Below, one piece after another: positions 18,539 through 26,766 of a DNA stretch of 55,740 nt. Position 1 is the stretch's first letter. Every line of letters starts with the position of its first letter. Origin of the DNA: Candidatus Micrarchaeota archaeon (GTDB taxonomy: Archaea; Micrarchaeota; Micrarchaeia; Micrarchaeales; CABMGC01); NCBI GenBank assembly GCA_023270055.1, contig JAGDYB010000012.1, positions 1 through 55,740 on the forward strand, given 5' to 3'. A program made the translations under genes and the position numbers. The notes below the pieces were generated by a model. That model saw only the letters and a list, made by a program, of their open reading frames with translations. It searched no databases and had not been told where the DNA came from.

Positions 18539-19609
18539 ATGCGAATAATAATGTTAGTGGACATGGACTATTTCTTCGCTGCATGCGAGGAGCTCAGAAA
18601 ACCGGAGATAAAAGGCAAGCCAGTGATTGTTGGCGCCGACCCAAAAGGAGGCAATGGTAGGGGAGTAGTAAGCACTTGCAATTATGTAGCAAGAAGGTAT
18701 GGAATAAGAAGCGGCATGCCTATATCCATGGCGTACAGGCTTAAGAAAGATGCTGTATTTCTTCCTGTGGACGACAAATATTACGAAAAAATATCAAATG
18801 AAATTATGAGGATACTTAGAGGTTTTGCGGGAAGATTTGAGCAAGTGAGCATAGACGAGGCATTCATGGATGTTTCTGAGAAGGTTGACAACTTTGACAA
18901 AGCGGTTGACTACGCGAGGGAGGTGAAGGAGGCAATAATGAAAGGGACGGGCTTGAAATGCTCTATAGGCATAAGCGAGAATAAGCTTCTTGCCAAAATG
19001 GCTTGCGAGGCAGCAAAGCCAGATGGCATAAAACTGTTGAAAAGGGAAGATGTTCAGAAATTCATAGAACCCATGCCAGTGGACAGGCTGTATGGCGTGG
19101 GGAAGAAAACTGCGCAAAAACTCAAGGAAATGGGATATGAGACAGTAGGGGAGCTTTCGAAGGCGGGCCTAATGGAGCTCGTTTCAAAATTCGGAGTGTA
19201 TGGAAAGGAGATATATGACTATGCGAGAGGGATTGACGAATCAGAAGTTGTTGAAAACAATGAGATAAAATCGATAGGAAGGGAAAGGACTTTCGATGCA
19301 GACACCGACAACATAGAGGAGATGAAGAGTATGCTTGAAACTATGGCTAACGAGATAAAGGAGGAGATAGATACGAAGGGCTTACAGTTCAAGACTGTGA
19401 CAATAAAAATCAGGAAGCCGGACTTCACCGAATTCATGAAAAGCAGAAGCTTGAGTCATTACTCGAACAGCGATAAGGAAATGCTTGACGAGGCTTTTAA
19501 GCTGCTTGCGGACAATACAGGAACAAAAGAAAAAGTGCGGAAGATCGGGCTTAGGGTTTCCGGACTGGCCAGCTATAGAGGACAGCGCAAGCTTGCAGAG
19601 TATATGTAG
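18539..19609 (+). CDS. dinB: Y-family DNA polymerase IV (DinB/Dpo4)
   Basis: 'VDMDYFFA', 'STCNY.AR.YG', 'SIDEAF', 'AKPDG', HhH 'GVG', C-terminal PIP-like QRKLAEYM. ATG at 18539 chosen as start. Confidence 0.95.
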   Translation: MRIIMLVDMDYFFAACEELRKPEIKGKPVIVGADPKGGNGRGVVSTCNYVARRYGIRSGMPISMAYRLKKDAVFLPVDDKYYEKISNEIMRILRGFAGRFEQVSIDEAFMDVSEKVDNFDKAVDYAREVKEAIMKGTGLKCSIGISENKLLAKMACEAAKPDGIKLLKREDVQKFIEPMPVDRLYGVGKKTAQKLKEMGYETVGELSKAGLMELVSKFGVYGKEIYDYARGIDESEVVENNEIKSIGRERTFDADTDNIEEMKSMLETMANEIKEEIDTKGLQFKTVTIKIRKPDFTEFMKSRSLSHYSNSDKEMLDEAFKLLADNTGTKEKVRKIGLRVSGLASYRGQRKLAEYM

Positions 19610-19613
19610 CAGT

Positions 19614-20543
19614 TCACTTGCCTGCATATTTGAGTTCAGCAAGATATGCCCTAACCGCAAGCGCGGCTTTGGTGCCGCTTCCGGCAGCTGTTATTGCCTG
19701 CTTGTATATTTTGTCAGAAACGTCTCCTGCAACGAACACGCCGTCAACGTCTGTCTTTACTTCGTCCTTTGCAATCACGTAACCTGCTTCGTCAAGCGCG
19801 ACCTGTCCCTTGAATATTGCAGTATTCGGAAGATAGCCAATCGCAACAAAGACGCCGTCTATCTTCATCTCTGTTATCTCGTTTGAAACAACATTCCTTA
19901 GTTTCACTCCCTCGACTTTCTTGTCTCCTAATATTTCCTCAACTACGCTATTCCATATAAATTTTATTTTAGGATTGGAAAATGCCCTATCCTGCATTAT
20001 TTTGCTGGCTCTCAGACTGTCTCTTCTATGGACAACGGTAACAGAATTAGCAAACTGAGTAAGAAATATTGAGTCTTCCATTGCGGTATCGCCTCCGCCA
20101 ACTACTATTACGTTTTTGTCTTTGAAGAATGGGGCATCACATGTGGCGCAGGATGAAACACCACGGCCTATGAATTTTTTCTCGGATTCTATACCAAGCC
20201 ACCTCGCAGATGCACCAGTAGCTATTATCACTGAAAGCGCCTCATATGTATTATCTCCCACCTGTACTTTGAACGGCCTACTTTTGAAATCGACTGCGGT
20301 GGCATCTCCATCGACAAATTTTGCGCCAAACTTCTCCGCCTGCTTTCTCATCAGATCTATCAGCTGGCTGCCATAAATGCCATCTGGAAATCCAGGAAAG
20401 TTTTCAACGGTCGTTGTCAGAAGCAGCTGCCCGCCTGCGGTAGTGCCTGAAACTACAACTGGCGCTAAGCCATCCCTTCCAGTATATATAGCCGCGGTGA
20501 GACCCGCCGGACCTGAGCCCAAAATAATTACGTTTTCTACCAT
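19614..20543 (-). CDS. trxB: Thioredoxin-disulfide reductase
   Basis: 'GSGPAG', 'GGQL..T..VENFPG', CATCD, 'GGGDTA.E', 'AGD..D..Y.QAITAAG.G'. Confidence 0.96.
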   Translation of the reverse strand: MVENVIILGSGPAGLTAAIYTGRDGLAPVVVSGTTAGGQLLLTTTVENFPGFPDGIYGSQLIDLMRKQAEKFGAKFVDGDATAVDFKSRPFKVQVGDNTYEALSVIIATGASARWLGIESEKKFIGRGVSSCATCDAPFFKDKNVIVVGGGDTAMEDSIFLTQFANSVTVVHRRDSLRASKIMQDRAFSNPKIKFIWNSVVEEILGDKKVEGVKLRNVVSNEITEMKIDGVFVAIGYLPNTAIFKGQVALDEAGYVIAKDEVKTDVDGVFVAGDVSDKIYKQAITAAGSGTKAALAVRAYLAELKYAGK

Positions 20544-20640
20544 ATGCCCACTCTTTTTCAGCAAAAGGAATCAAATATAATATTTGAAATATGAAATATT
20601 TAAAGCTTAACAGGCATTTCTTTTAGTGTAGGGCGACCAG

Positions 20641-21639
20641 ATGATCTATCTAAGCGGAGGGAGAAGGATAGCACTAGACGAAAGAAGCAAAGACGCATAT
20701 CTAAATTTTATTTCCCACGCGCACGAAGACCATTTAGCAGGTTTAAGAAGCGGACTGCCAGCAACAGCAAGCAGAGAAACGATGGAGCTTATAAAAGCGA
20801 GGAAGGGAGTTTCGCCTGCAATGGCCGAAACAGGCAAAGGCTTTGAGATGCTGAACGCAGGGCATGTTCTCGGTTCGAGACAGCTATATTTTGAAGACGA
20901 GTATAACGGGATTTCGTATATATACACTGGCGACTTTCAGATGCAGGAAAACGAACTTGCTGGAAGAATTGAAATACGTAATGCTGACATTGCCATTATC
21001 GATTCTACATATCCTTTTCCAAATGTGCGCTTCGATGAACGGACAAACGTGATAGATGCTATACAATTTTATGCAAGGAAGAAAACGGAATATGGTCGTG
21101 TAATCTTTTCGTCGCAGGTACTTGGCAAGGCGCAAGAACTCATAAAAATATTCAACGATATAGGGCTCACGCCAGTTGTAAGCGAAAGGATAGGAGCAAT
21201 AAGTAATGTTTACGAACGTTTTAACATAAAGCTTGACTACATAACCGCAGATGAAAAAACTTTCATAGACAAGGTTGCAGAGCAACGCATCGGCATAACA
21301 GAAAACAACATAAAGTACGCCGCAGAAAGACTCGCAGAAAAATATAACACAAAAGTATATACTGCAATAGCTACTGGCCTTGCCAAAAGTATAAGATTTG
21401 GTACAGATGTGCAATTTGCCCTTAGTGATCATGCAGACTTTAGGCAAACGGTCAAGTACATAGATGAGGGAAATTTCAAGTACGTGTTCACAAAAGGAAA
21501 AAATGCAGAGATACTGGCGTACTATTTGAGAAAGGCAGGTTACGATGCTGAAGCCATGGAAAATGGAAGCAGTATAGGAGGGGTGTTAACAGAAAAACAG
21601 AAGAGTGGAGATAATAATTTAAACTCTCAAATAGTATGA
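20641..21639 (+). CDS. Metallo-beta-lactamase fold nuclease (beta-CASP/SNM1-like)
   Basis: 'SHAHEDH', 'AGHVLGS', 'YTGD', 'DSTY', 'GKAQEL', 'SDHAD'. Confidence 0.85.
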   Translation: MIYLSGGRRIALDERSKDAYLNFISHAHEDHLAGLRSGLPATASRETMELIKARKGVSPAMAETGKGFEMLNAGHVLGSRQLYFEDEYNGISYIYTGDFQMQENELAGRIEIRNADIAIIDSTYPFPNVRFDERTNVIDAIQFYARKKTEYGRVIFSSQVLGKAQELIKIFNDIGLTPVVSERIGAISNVYERFNIKLDYITADEKTFIDKVAEQRIGITENNIKYAAERLAEKYNTKVYTAIATGLAKSIRFGTDVQFALSDHADFRQTVKYIDEGNFKYVFTKGKNAEILAYYLRKAGYDAEAMENGSSIGGVLTEKQKSGDNNLNSQIV

Positions 21640-21642
21640 ATA

Positions 21643-22644
21643 TTGATGCTGACAAAAATAAATGATAGCTACAGGTATATTCTGCTACTGCTCGTGCTTG
21701 GCTCTTTTGTGCTTGTGCTTACAGCAAGCTTTTTGATAGAAGCTTTTTCCACTACCTATGGCACCGCAATTGGTGCGGTAGTGCAAAGCAGCGCATACAA
21801 CCAAAGCGTGGCACAGGTGCTGCAATCAATAGTATTAAATCGAAATCTTGTAGGAAAAGCAATAGTAGAGAGCTATTTCATTCTAGCTATAGCTATGCTG
21901 CTTACGTTCATCTCTTCTGCAATTTACTATAAATTTGAGGTTCGGCAATATGGCGCTTCCCGGAGATACCTGCTGCTGCACCTAGCTCTTACGTTCGTTT
22001 TTATTGCAATGTTTTTCATAGCAACGCTGGGATTCGGCCAAGTGGTAGGCAATATAACTTATCTTGTTGCCTATTTCGGAATGCTGCTCTGCGTGATTAC
22101 AGACATTTATTTAGAGCATACAGTGCATTCAGGGCAGACAAAAGGTTATCTGGCAAGAAGCATAAACATCAGCCCTGAAACCCCATATGCAAACATGCAA
22201 CTGCTCAAGGAGAGGTTATTTTCGAGGTTTAGCGGAAACCTTAGAATAGTGGATAAACATTTCAATTCAGAGGCAATGTCAAACTTATACAGGCTGATTG
22301 AAGGCTCGCTTGAAAATTTGAGCAGGATAGACGTAATAACATCAAGCGAGATGCTCGACACGCGCTTTGGTGACAACTACAACGACCTTAGAAACGAGCT
22401 GCAGAAGTCAAATATAGACTTTGAGGTAAGGATAATGAACCCCGAAGATGCAAAAAGCCAACATGAGAGGTTTATTATGGACAGCGATAACGCCTTTAAG
22501 ATACCACCTTTGAATATAATAAACAGGAAAAGTGAGCATATAGTCAAGGTGAACTTTGGCGAATCTGAGAAAAGGTTTGAGTATTTGTACAAGAGGGCAA
22601 CTAAGCTTGACAACTACTTGAAAAAAACCAACCAGAATGGTTAA
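21643..22644 (+). CDS. Membrane protein (about 4 TM) with a C-terminal PLD-like domain
   Basis: Four hydrophobic segments in the first ~160 aa, then 'LRIVDKHF' and 'HERFIMD' motifs typical of single-motif PLD-like folds. Confidence 0.6.
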   Translation: MMLTKINDSYRYILLLLVLGSFVLVLTASFLIEAFSTTYGTAIGAVVQSSAYNQSVAQVLQSIVLNRNLVGKAIVESYFILAIAMLLTFISSAIYYKFEVRQYGASRRYLLLHLALTFVFIAMFFIATLGFGQVVGNITYLVAYFGMLLCVITDIYLEHTVHSGQTKGYLARSINISPETPYANMQLLKERLFSRFSGNLRIVDKHFNSEAMSNLYRLIEGSLENLSRIDVITSSEMLDTRFGDNYNDLRNELQKSNIDFEVRIMNPEDAKSQHERFIMDSDNAFKIPPLNIINRKSEHIVKVNFGESEKRFEYLYKRATKLDNYLKKTNQNG

Positions 22645-23337
22645 ATGCAATTCTACATTGGCACATCAGGCTGGATGTATGATTGGAACAGGGAAAACAA
22701 TTTCGACTGGTATTATAACAATTCTGGCCTCAACGCAGTAGAGCTTAACGCGAGCTTTTACAGGTTTCCGTTTCCTTCTCAGGTTAAGCATTGGGCAAAA
22801 GTTGGCAGCGGCTTGGCGTGGGCTATAAAGGCAAGCAGAATAGTGACGCACGTGCACAGGCTCAATGAAAACAGTTATAATGCAATGAACAGTTTTCTAA
22901 GCCTTTTTAGTGCATTAGACAAGGATATACACTATTACCTTTTTCAGTTGCCTCCAAGCTTTAAGGCAAATGCAATAGCGGTGGTAGAGGAATTCTCAAG
23001 GGCGTTTAAAAACAACAGGAAGTTTGTATTCGAATTCAGGGATGTAGAGTTTTTCAAAGAAGAGGTTTATAGGTCATTCAGAAAACTGCAAATTACATTG
23101 GCAAGCATTGATTCACCAATTGGCACGTACATTGTAAAAACTACCAGTGATATATATTTAAGGATGCATGGCAGAAAATCGTGGTACAGCTACAACTACT
23201 CTACGAAGGAACTTGAAGACATTGCAGAAAGCATTGTGGAATTAGAACCGCGCAACGCCTATGTGTTTTTCAACAACGACCACTCAATGCTGGGAAATGC
23301 AAGAAAAATGCTTGAGATAATGCGAAAGCTTGCTTAA
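22645..23337 (+). CDS. DUF72 (YecE) family protein
   Basis: 'GTSGW.Y', 'VELNASFYR.P', 'FQLPPSF', 'EFR', 'YLRMHG', 'FFNND'. Confidence 0.93.
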   Translation: MQFYIGTSGWMYDWNRENNFDWYYNNSGLNAVELNASFYRFPFPSQVKHWAKVGSGLAWAIKASRIVTHVHRLNENSYNAMNSFLSLFSALDKDIHYYLFQLPPSFKANAIAVVEEFSRAFKNNRKFVFEFRDVEFFKEEVYRSFRKLQITLASIDSPIGTYIVKTTSDIYLRMHGRKSWYSYNYSTKELEDIAESIVELEPRNAYVFFNNDHSMLGNARKMLEIMRKLA

Positions 23338-23366
23338 CATGCAAAAGCATTTCTAAATCAACCGCA

Positions 23367-23846
23367 TCATATTTCGGGTATCGCAGGCAGGCCGTTCTTT
23401 GGCGCCAGCTCATTGTACACTTTGACCGATTCGCGCGCCACTGTAACATCTGGATCTACATCAAGCGCCATGACAGTATTGAGCAGCCTGTCCATTGTAA
23501 CCTCTTTGTCTGCTGAAACTAGCAACGTTATTGCAAGTATGTAGACAAGGTGATTACGGTAATGCAGCATGCCGATGCCTTCAAGAAGCACCCTGTTCAC
23601 TTCTATGTCTGCGCCGTTGAAAAGCCTCTGTATGTCGTTTTTGGTTATGTCTTTGCCTGCCAAGTCAAGTATGCCAGCGGCTACAAAATATGGCAGAAGC
23701 TTGTTTGTAAGACCCATTGGTATAATCTTGTTTATGGAGCTGAGCCCCCTGTTGATTTCGTTTTCCAGCAGGTATGTTGACGCGTTTGCCGCTAGTTTAA
23801 CTGCTTTTTCCAGAAAGCCTTGCAAAGTTTCATTTTCTTCTGCCAT
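23367..23846 (-). CDS. Protein with two tandem ribosomal P1 (aP1/L12)-like N-terminal domains and no acidic tail
   Basis: aa 51-94 (LPYFVAAGILDLAGKDITKNDIQRLFNGADIEV) and aa 100-144 (LVYILAITLLVSADKEVTMDRLLNTVMALDVDP) both align to the aP1 consensus MEY.YAALLLHS.GKEI.EEN...VL.AAGVEP; RBS AGGTG. Confidence 0.7.
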   Translation of the reverse strand: MAEENETLQGFLEKAVKLAANASTYLLENEINRGLSSINKIIPMGLTNKLLPYFVAAGILDLAGKDITKNDIQRLFNGADIEVNRVLLEGIGMLHYRNHLVYILAITLLVSADKEVTMDRLLNTVMALDVDPDVTVARESVKVYNELAPKNGLPAIPEI

Positions 23847-23858
23847 TTATACACCTAA

Positions 23859-24572
23859 TTAATCTGCAAGCACATCAAAGCCCTTCGACGTTATCTGGTA
23901 CGGAACACTCGAAATTCTATGTGCTGAGTTGCGCAACTTTGCTATTTCTATTGCATACTGTGAAGAGCCAGCAGACTGATTAACGGAAAGCTTTATCAAG
24001 CCGTCGAACATCGAGGTGCCGAACAAGCCAGCCTCTGTCACGTCAAGCTTGGGGCTCACTTCAACGGTTATGAATGCAGTCAAGCCTGCCTCCCTGAACA
24101 CTTCTGACATATATGTTGAAGATCTGGTGAACGTTCTGTCGTCTATCATCACTGCCCTTAAGCTGCTCAATGAATCAAAGACGAGAATCTTTGATTTGTT
24201 AGCATTCACCGTAGCTATCACGTCGGCTATGAATTTTTCGAAGTTTTCCCTTGACTTGAAGTCTTCGAGTATGGGCTTGTGCACTATCTGTATTACGTTT
24301 CTTTCAAGTAGCTCCTCAAAGTCTTCAAAAGCGTAAAAAGCGTTTTCCACATTGTCTATAAGTGACTCACGCATCTCCTCTGTTGTTATGAATGTGCTTG
24401 GTATTTCGAGTTTTGCGTTGTGGTACAGCATCTCAAGCGATAGTAGGGTTTTTCCAGCACCAGGGCTACCTATTACAAGCACCTGCGATCCTACAGGAAC
24501 GCCACCGGAAATCATCCTGTCAAGTCCAGCAACGCCAGTTTTTATACGCTTTATTATTCCTTGATTTTCCAT
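23859..24572 (-). CDS. Single-domain KaiC-like (RAD55 family) ATPase
   Basis: 'IKTGVAGLD..I.GG', Walker A GSPGAGKT, 'TEE', Walker B 'VFDS', 'TSMFDG', 'KLRNS.H'. Start 24572 (24587 also possible). Confidence 0.9.
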   Translation of the reverse strand: MENQGIIKRIKTGVAGLDRMISGGVPVGSQVLVIGSPGAGKTLLSLEMLYHNAKLEIPSTFITTEEMRESLIDNVENAFYAFEDFEELLERNVIQIVHKPILEDFKSRENFEKFIADVIATVNANKSKILVFDSLSSLRAVMIDDRTFTRSSTYMSEVFREAGLTAFITVEVSPKLDVTEAGLFGTSMFDGLIKLSVNQSAGSSQYAIEIAKLRNSAHRISSVPYQITSKGFDVLAD

Positions 24573-24589
24573 ATTAATTACCCGCAAAA

Positions 24590-25339
24590 TTAAACATCAT
24601 TTATATCTTCCCCATGCGGCAGTTCAAGCACGCTTATGCCAGAAGAGGTTATCTCGTATGGTATTGTGCTGAAGCTGTGTGCAGTGCCTCTCATTTTTAT
24701 TATTTCTAGTGTCTGTATCCTATTGCTTCCTTCTCCAGACAAGTAGAGTGCTATTATACCATCGTACATGAAAAATTCTGGTTGAAAAGTCAGTTTCTCC
24801 TTTTCCGCTGTTTCAAGCTCAACTGTTATAAGTGTGGTCGCATTAAGACGCTTGAGCACGCGGACGAGGTTCATTGTTGTGTCTCTGTATTCAAACTGGT
24901 CTCTTATTAGCAATCTGACTACGCTTATAGAATCTATAACGATACGTGTTGCGTGATATTGCGATGCTACCGACTCCAAATTTGAGATCCACTCGCCAAA
25001 AGAGTATGTGCCTTTATCTGGATCCCTTGTCACATATGCAGTGCCTTCCTCAGAGCCGTATACCACAAGCTTCTTGCTTGCTATTAGATCGTCTATGTCT
25101 GTGAAATCAGTAAATGCGGCCTTAGCGTTTTCGATTACCATATTTGATGTTTCCTCAAGCGAGAACAGAATGCCGTTATTGCCTTCCTTGGCATTATGGT
25201 AGAGATATTCAAAACCCAGCAGAGTTTTCCCAGTACCAGGGCCTCCTGCGATGGCGACCTGATTTCCTTCTGGTATACCGCCATCAATCATCTTGTCTAG
25301 ATTTTTTATGCCGAGCTTTACACGAGAACGCATTTCCAA
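24590..25339 (-). CDS. Single-domain KaiC-like (RAD55 family) ATPase
   Basis: 'GIKNLD..I.GGIP', Walker A GGPGTGKT, 'LEE', Walker B 'IVIDS', 'YDGII', 'KMRGT.H'. Confidence 0.92.
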   Translation of the reverse strand: MEMRSRVKLGIKNLDKMIDGGIPEGNQVAIAGGPGTGKTLLGFEYLYHNAKEGNNGILFSLEETSNMVIENAKAAFTDFTDIDDLIASKKLVVYGSEEGTAYVTRDPDKGTYSFGEWISNLESVASQYHATRIVIDSISVVRLLIRDQFEYRDTTMNLVRVLKRLNATTLITVELETAEKEKLTFQPEFFMYDGIIALYLSGEGSNRIQTLEIIKMRGTAHSFSTIPYEITSSGISVLELPHGEDINDV

Positions 25340-25528
25340 CCCTCATTTAGTATTTTACTTGCAAATTTATAAAGATTAACTTAATTCCTATTTTTATACA
25401 GGTATATATTTTTTTTGTAAAATGATATTTGCCACTGACTTTTAGCGTGTTGCTTATAGGTGAAGATATACATGCGCGACGTTATGTGGGTTTATAAATT
25501 TATACAGCCAAACCTTTGTATGGGTTAA

Positions 25529-26104
25529 ATGCACCATAGAAAGATTAAGGGAAAGGACAAGTATGTATTCAAACGCTATAACTCGATTTATAGGCAGGCA
25601 TTCAAGAAAGAAAGGGTTAGGCTTTACGATGGGCTTGGGCACGAAAATGTAGCTATAGAGCATGTAGGTAGCACTGCAGTTCCCGGGCTTGGCGGGAAAA
25701 ACATACTAGATATTATTGTAGGTCTAAAGAAAGGCAAAAGGCTAGCGATAAAAAAGAAAATTCAGAAATTAGGCTACGATTTCGTGGGCACAGCTGGTTC
25801 AAGAAGGAGATTGTTTTTTGTAAGAGATAGCAGGTATAGGCATAAGAGCATAAGGATACATCTACATCTTGTAAAATTTGGTGGCGAAGAATGGCGGCAA
25901 AAAATTGCATTTAGGGACTATCTAATTGAGCATAGAGATGCTGTTTTGGAATATGAAAGTGTGAAGAAGATTGCAGTAAAAGAAGCAAAGGGCAATAAAG
26001 AGAGATATCTGAAGGCAAAAGAGAAATTTATAAATAGCATTACCAAGAAAGCCCTTAAAAATTATAATACTGTTTCGCAACGTTTTTTGCATAAGGCGCA
26101 ATAA
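25529..26104 (+). CDS. GrpB (UPF0157) family nucleotidyltransferase-fold protein
   Basis: 'IEHVGSTAVPGL.GK.ILDI', 'IHLH', 'FRDYL', 'Y..VK', 'Y..AK..FI'. Confidence 0.9.
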   Translation: MHHRKIKGKDKYVFKRYNSIYRQAFKKERVRLYDGLGHENVAIEHVGSTAVPGLGGKNILDIIVGLKKGKRLAIKKKIQKLGYDFVGTAGSRRRLFFVRDSRYRHKSIRIHLHLVKFGGEEWRQKIAFRDYLIEHRDAVLEYESVKKIAVKEAKGNKERYLKAKEKFINSITKKALKNYNTVSQRFLHKAQ

Positions 26105-26136
26105 GGTTTTTATATCAGAAAATACGCCAATTAATA

Positions 26137-26583
26137 GTGGAGAAAATACTGATCGACCCACTGCAAAGGTTTGTTGTAGATAGATTTAGCGAAGCTACTG
26201 TGCGAGTTGTTGGTTTCAAGTATGATAATGAAAAGGACTACGTATTGCTCGTAACAGATCAAAAATATGCATCTGGGAAGAATATAGGCATATTCATAAA
26301 CAAGCCAAACATGGATGGCGACCGTGTGTTAAGGGACTTGATTAGTGTGTTGAAGAACGGAGAAAGCGCCGTAATAAGAATTTGGCTCACCAAAAGAGCC
26401 AACAATAACCATATTACATGGAGAGATTACCCCTACACATTCAGCGTATCTTCAGAGGAATCAGGGCTTAGGATTCTAGACATAATTCCAGAGTATAAGC
26501 CTTATCCTGTTCCAAAAAATTATAGTGGTGATAGCGGGATTACGCAAACCAAGATAGACGATTTTTCGCAGAGAAAAAGGTAG
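26137..26583 (+). CDS. Hypothetical protein, possibly OB-fold, with a C-terminal PIP-box-like motif
   Basis: 148-aa ORF filling the intergenic space; beta-rich; ends TQTKIDDFSQRKR. Confidence 0.55.
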   Translation: MEKILIDPLQRFVVDRFSEATVRVVGFKYDNEKDYVLLVTDQKYASGKNIGIFINKPNMDGDRVLRDLISVLKNGESAVIRIWLTKRANNNHITWRDYPYTFSVSSEESGLRILDIIPEYKPYPVPKNYSGDSGITQTKIDDFSQRKR

Positions 26584-26608
26584 TTAACGGCCAATCAATT
26601 TCTTGATA

Positions 26609-26629
26609 AAACTTCTTTTTAAGAAGTTT
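26609..26629. terminator. AT-rich hairpin between convergent genes
   Basis: AAACTTCTT-ttt-AAGAAGTTT, a perfect 9-bp inverted repeat 2 nt beyond the tRNA-Ala 3' end. Confidence 0.5.
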
Positions 26630-26631
26630 AT

Positions 26632-26703
26632 TGGACTCTGCGGGAGTCGCACCCGCGACCTTTCCGTTGCGAACGGAACGCTCTACTACTGAGCTAAGAG
26701 CCC
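26632..26703 (-). tRNA. tRNA-Ala(CGC), intronless
   Basis: GGGCTCT/AGAGTCC-A with G3:U70; anticodon arm TTCCG-TTCGCAA-CGGAA; T arm GCGGG-TGCGACT-CCCGC; 72 nt. Confidence 0.95.
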
Positions 26704-26766
26704 TTTGCCAATTCTTATTATTTGATTTGTTGAATAGATTTTATATATTTATATATTTCAGTCTTA

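Noticed and set aside
23859-25339. ATPases as RadA/RadB recombinases or a bona fide circadian clock
   Set aside because: The motifs (EE, K.R.[TS].H, DG.I.L) fit the KaiC/RAD55 group, and no kaiA or kaiB is present to support a clock.
25340-26631. Integrated element at the tRNA-Ala 3' end
   Set aside because: AT-rich, but I found no integrase and no duplicated tRNA 3' end (att site).
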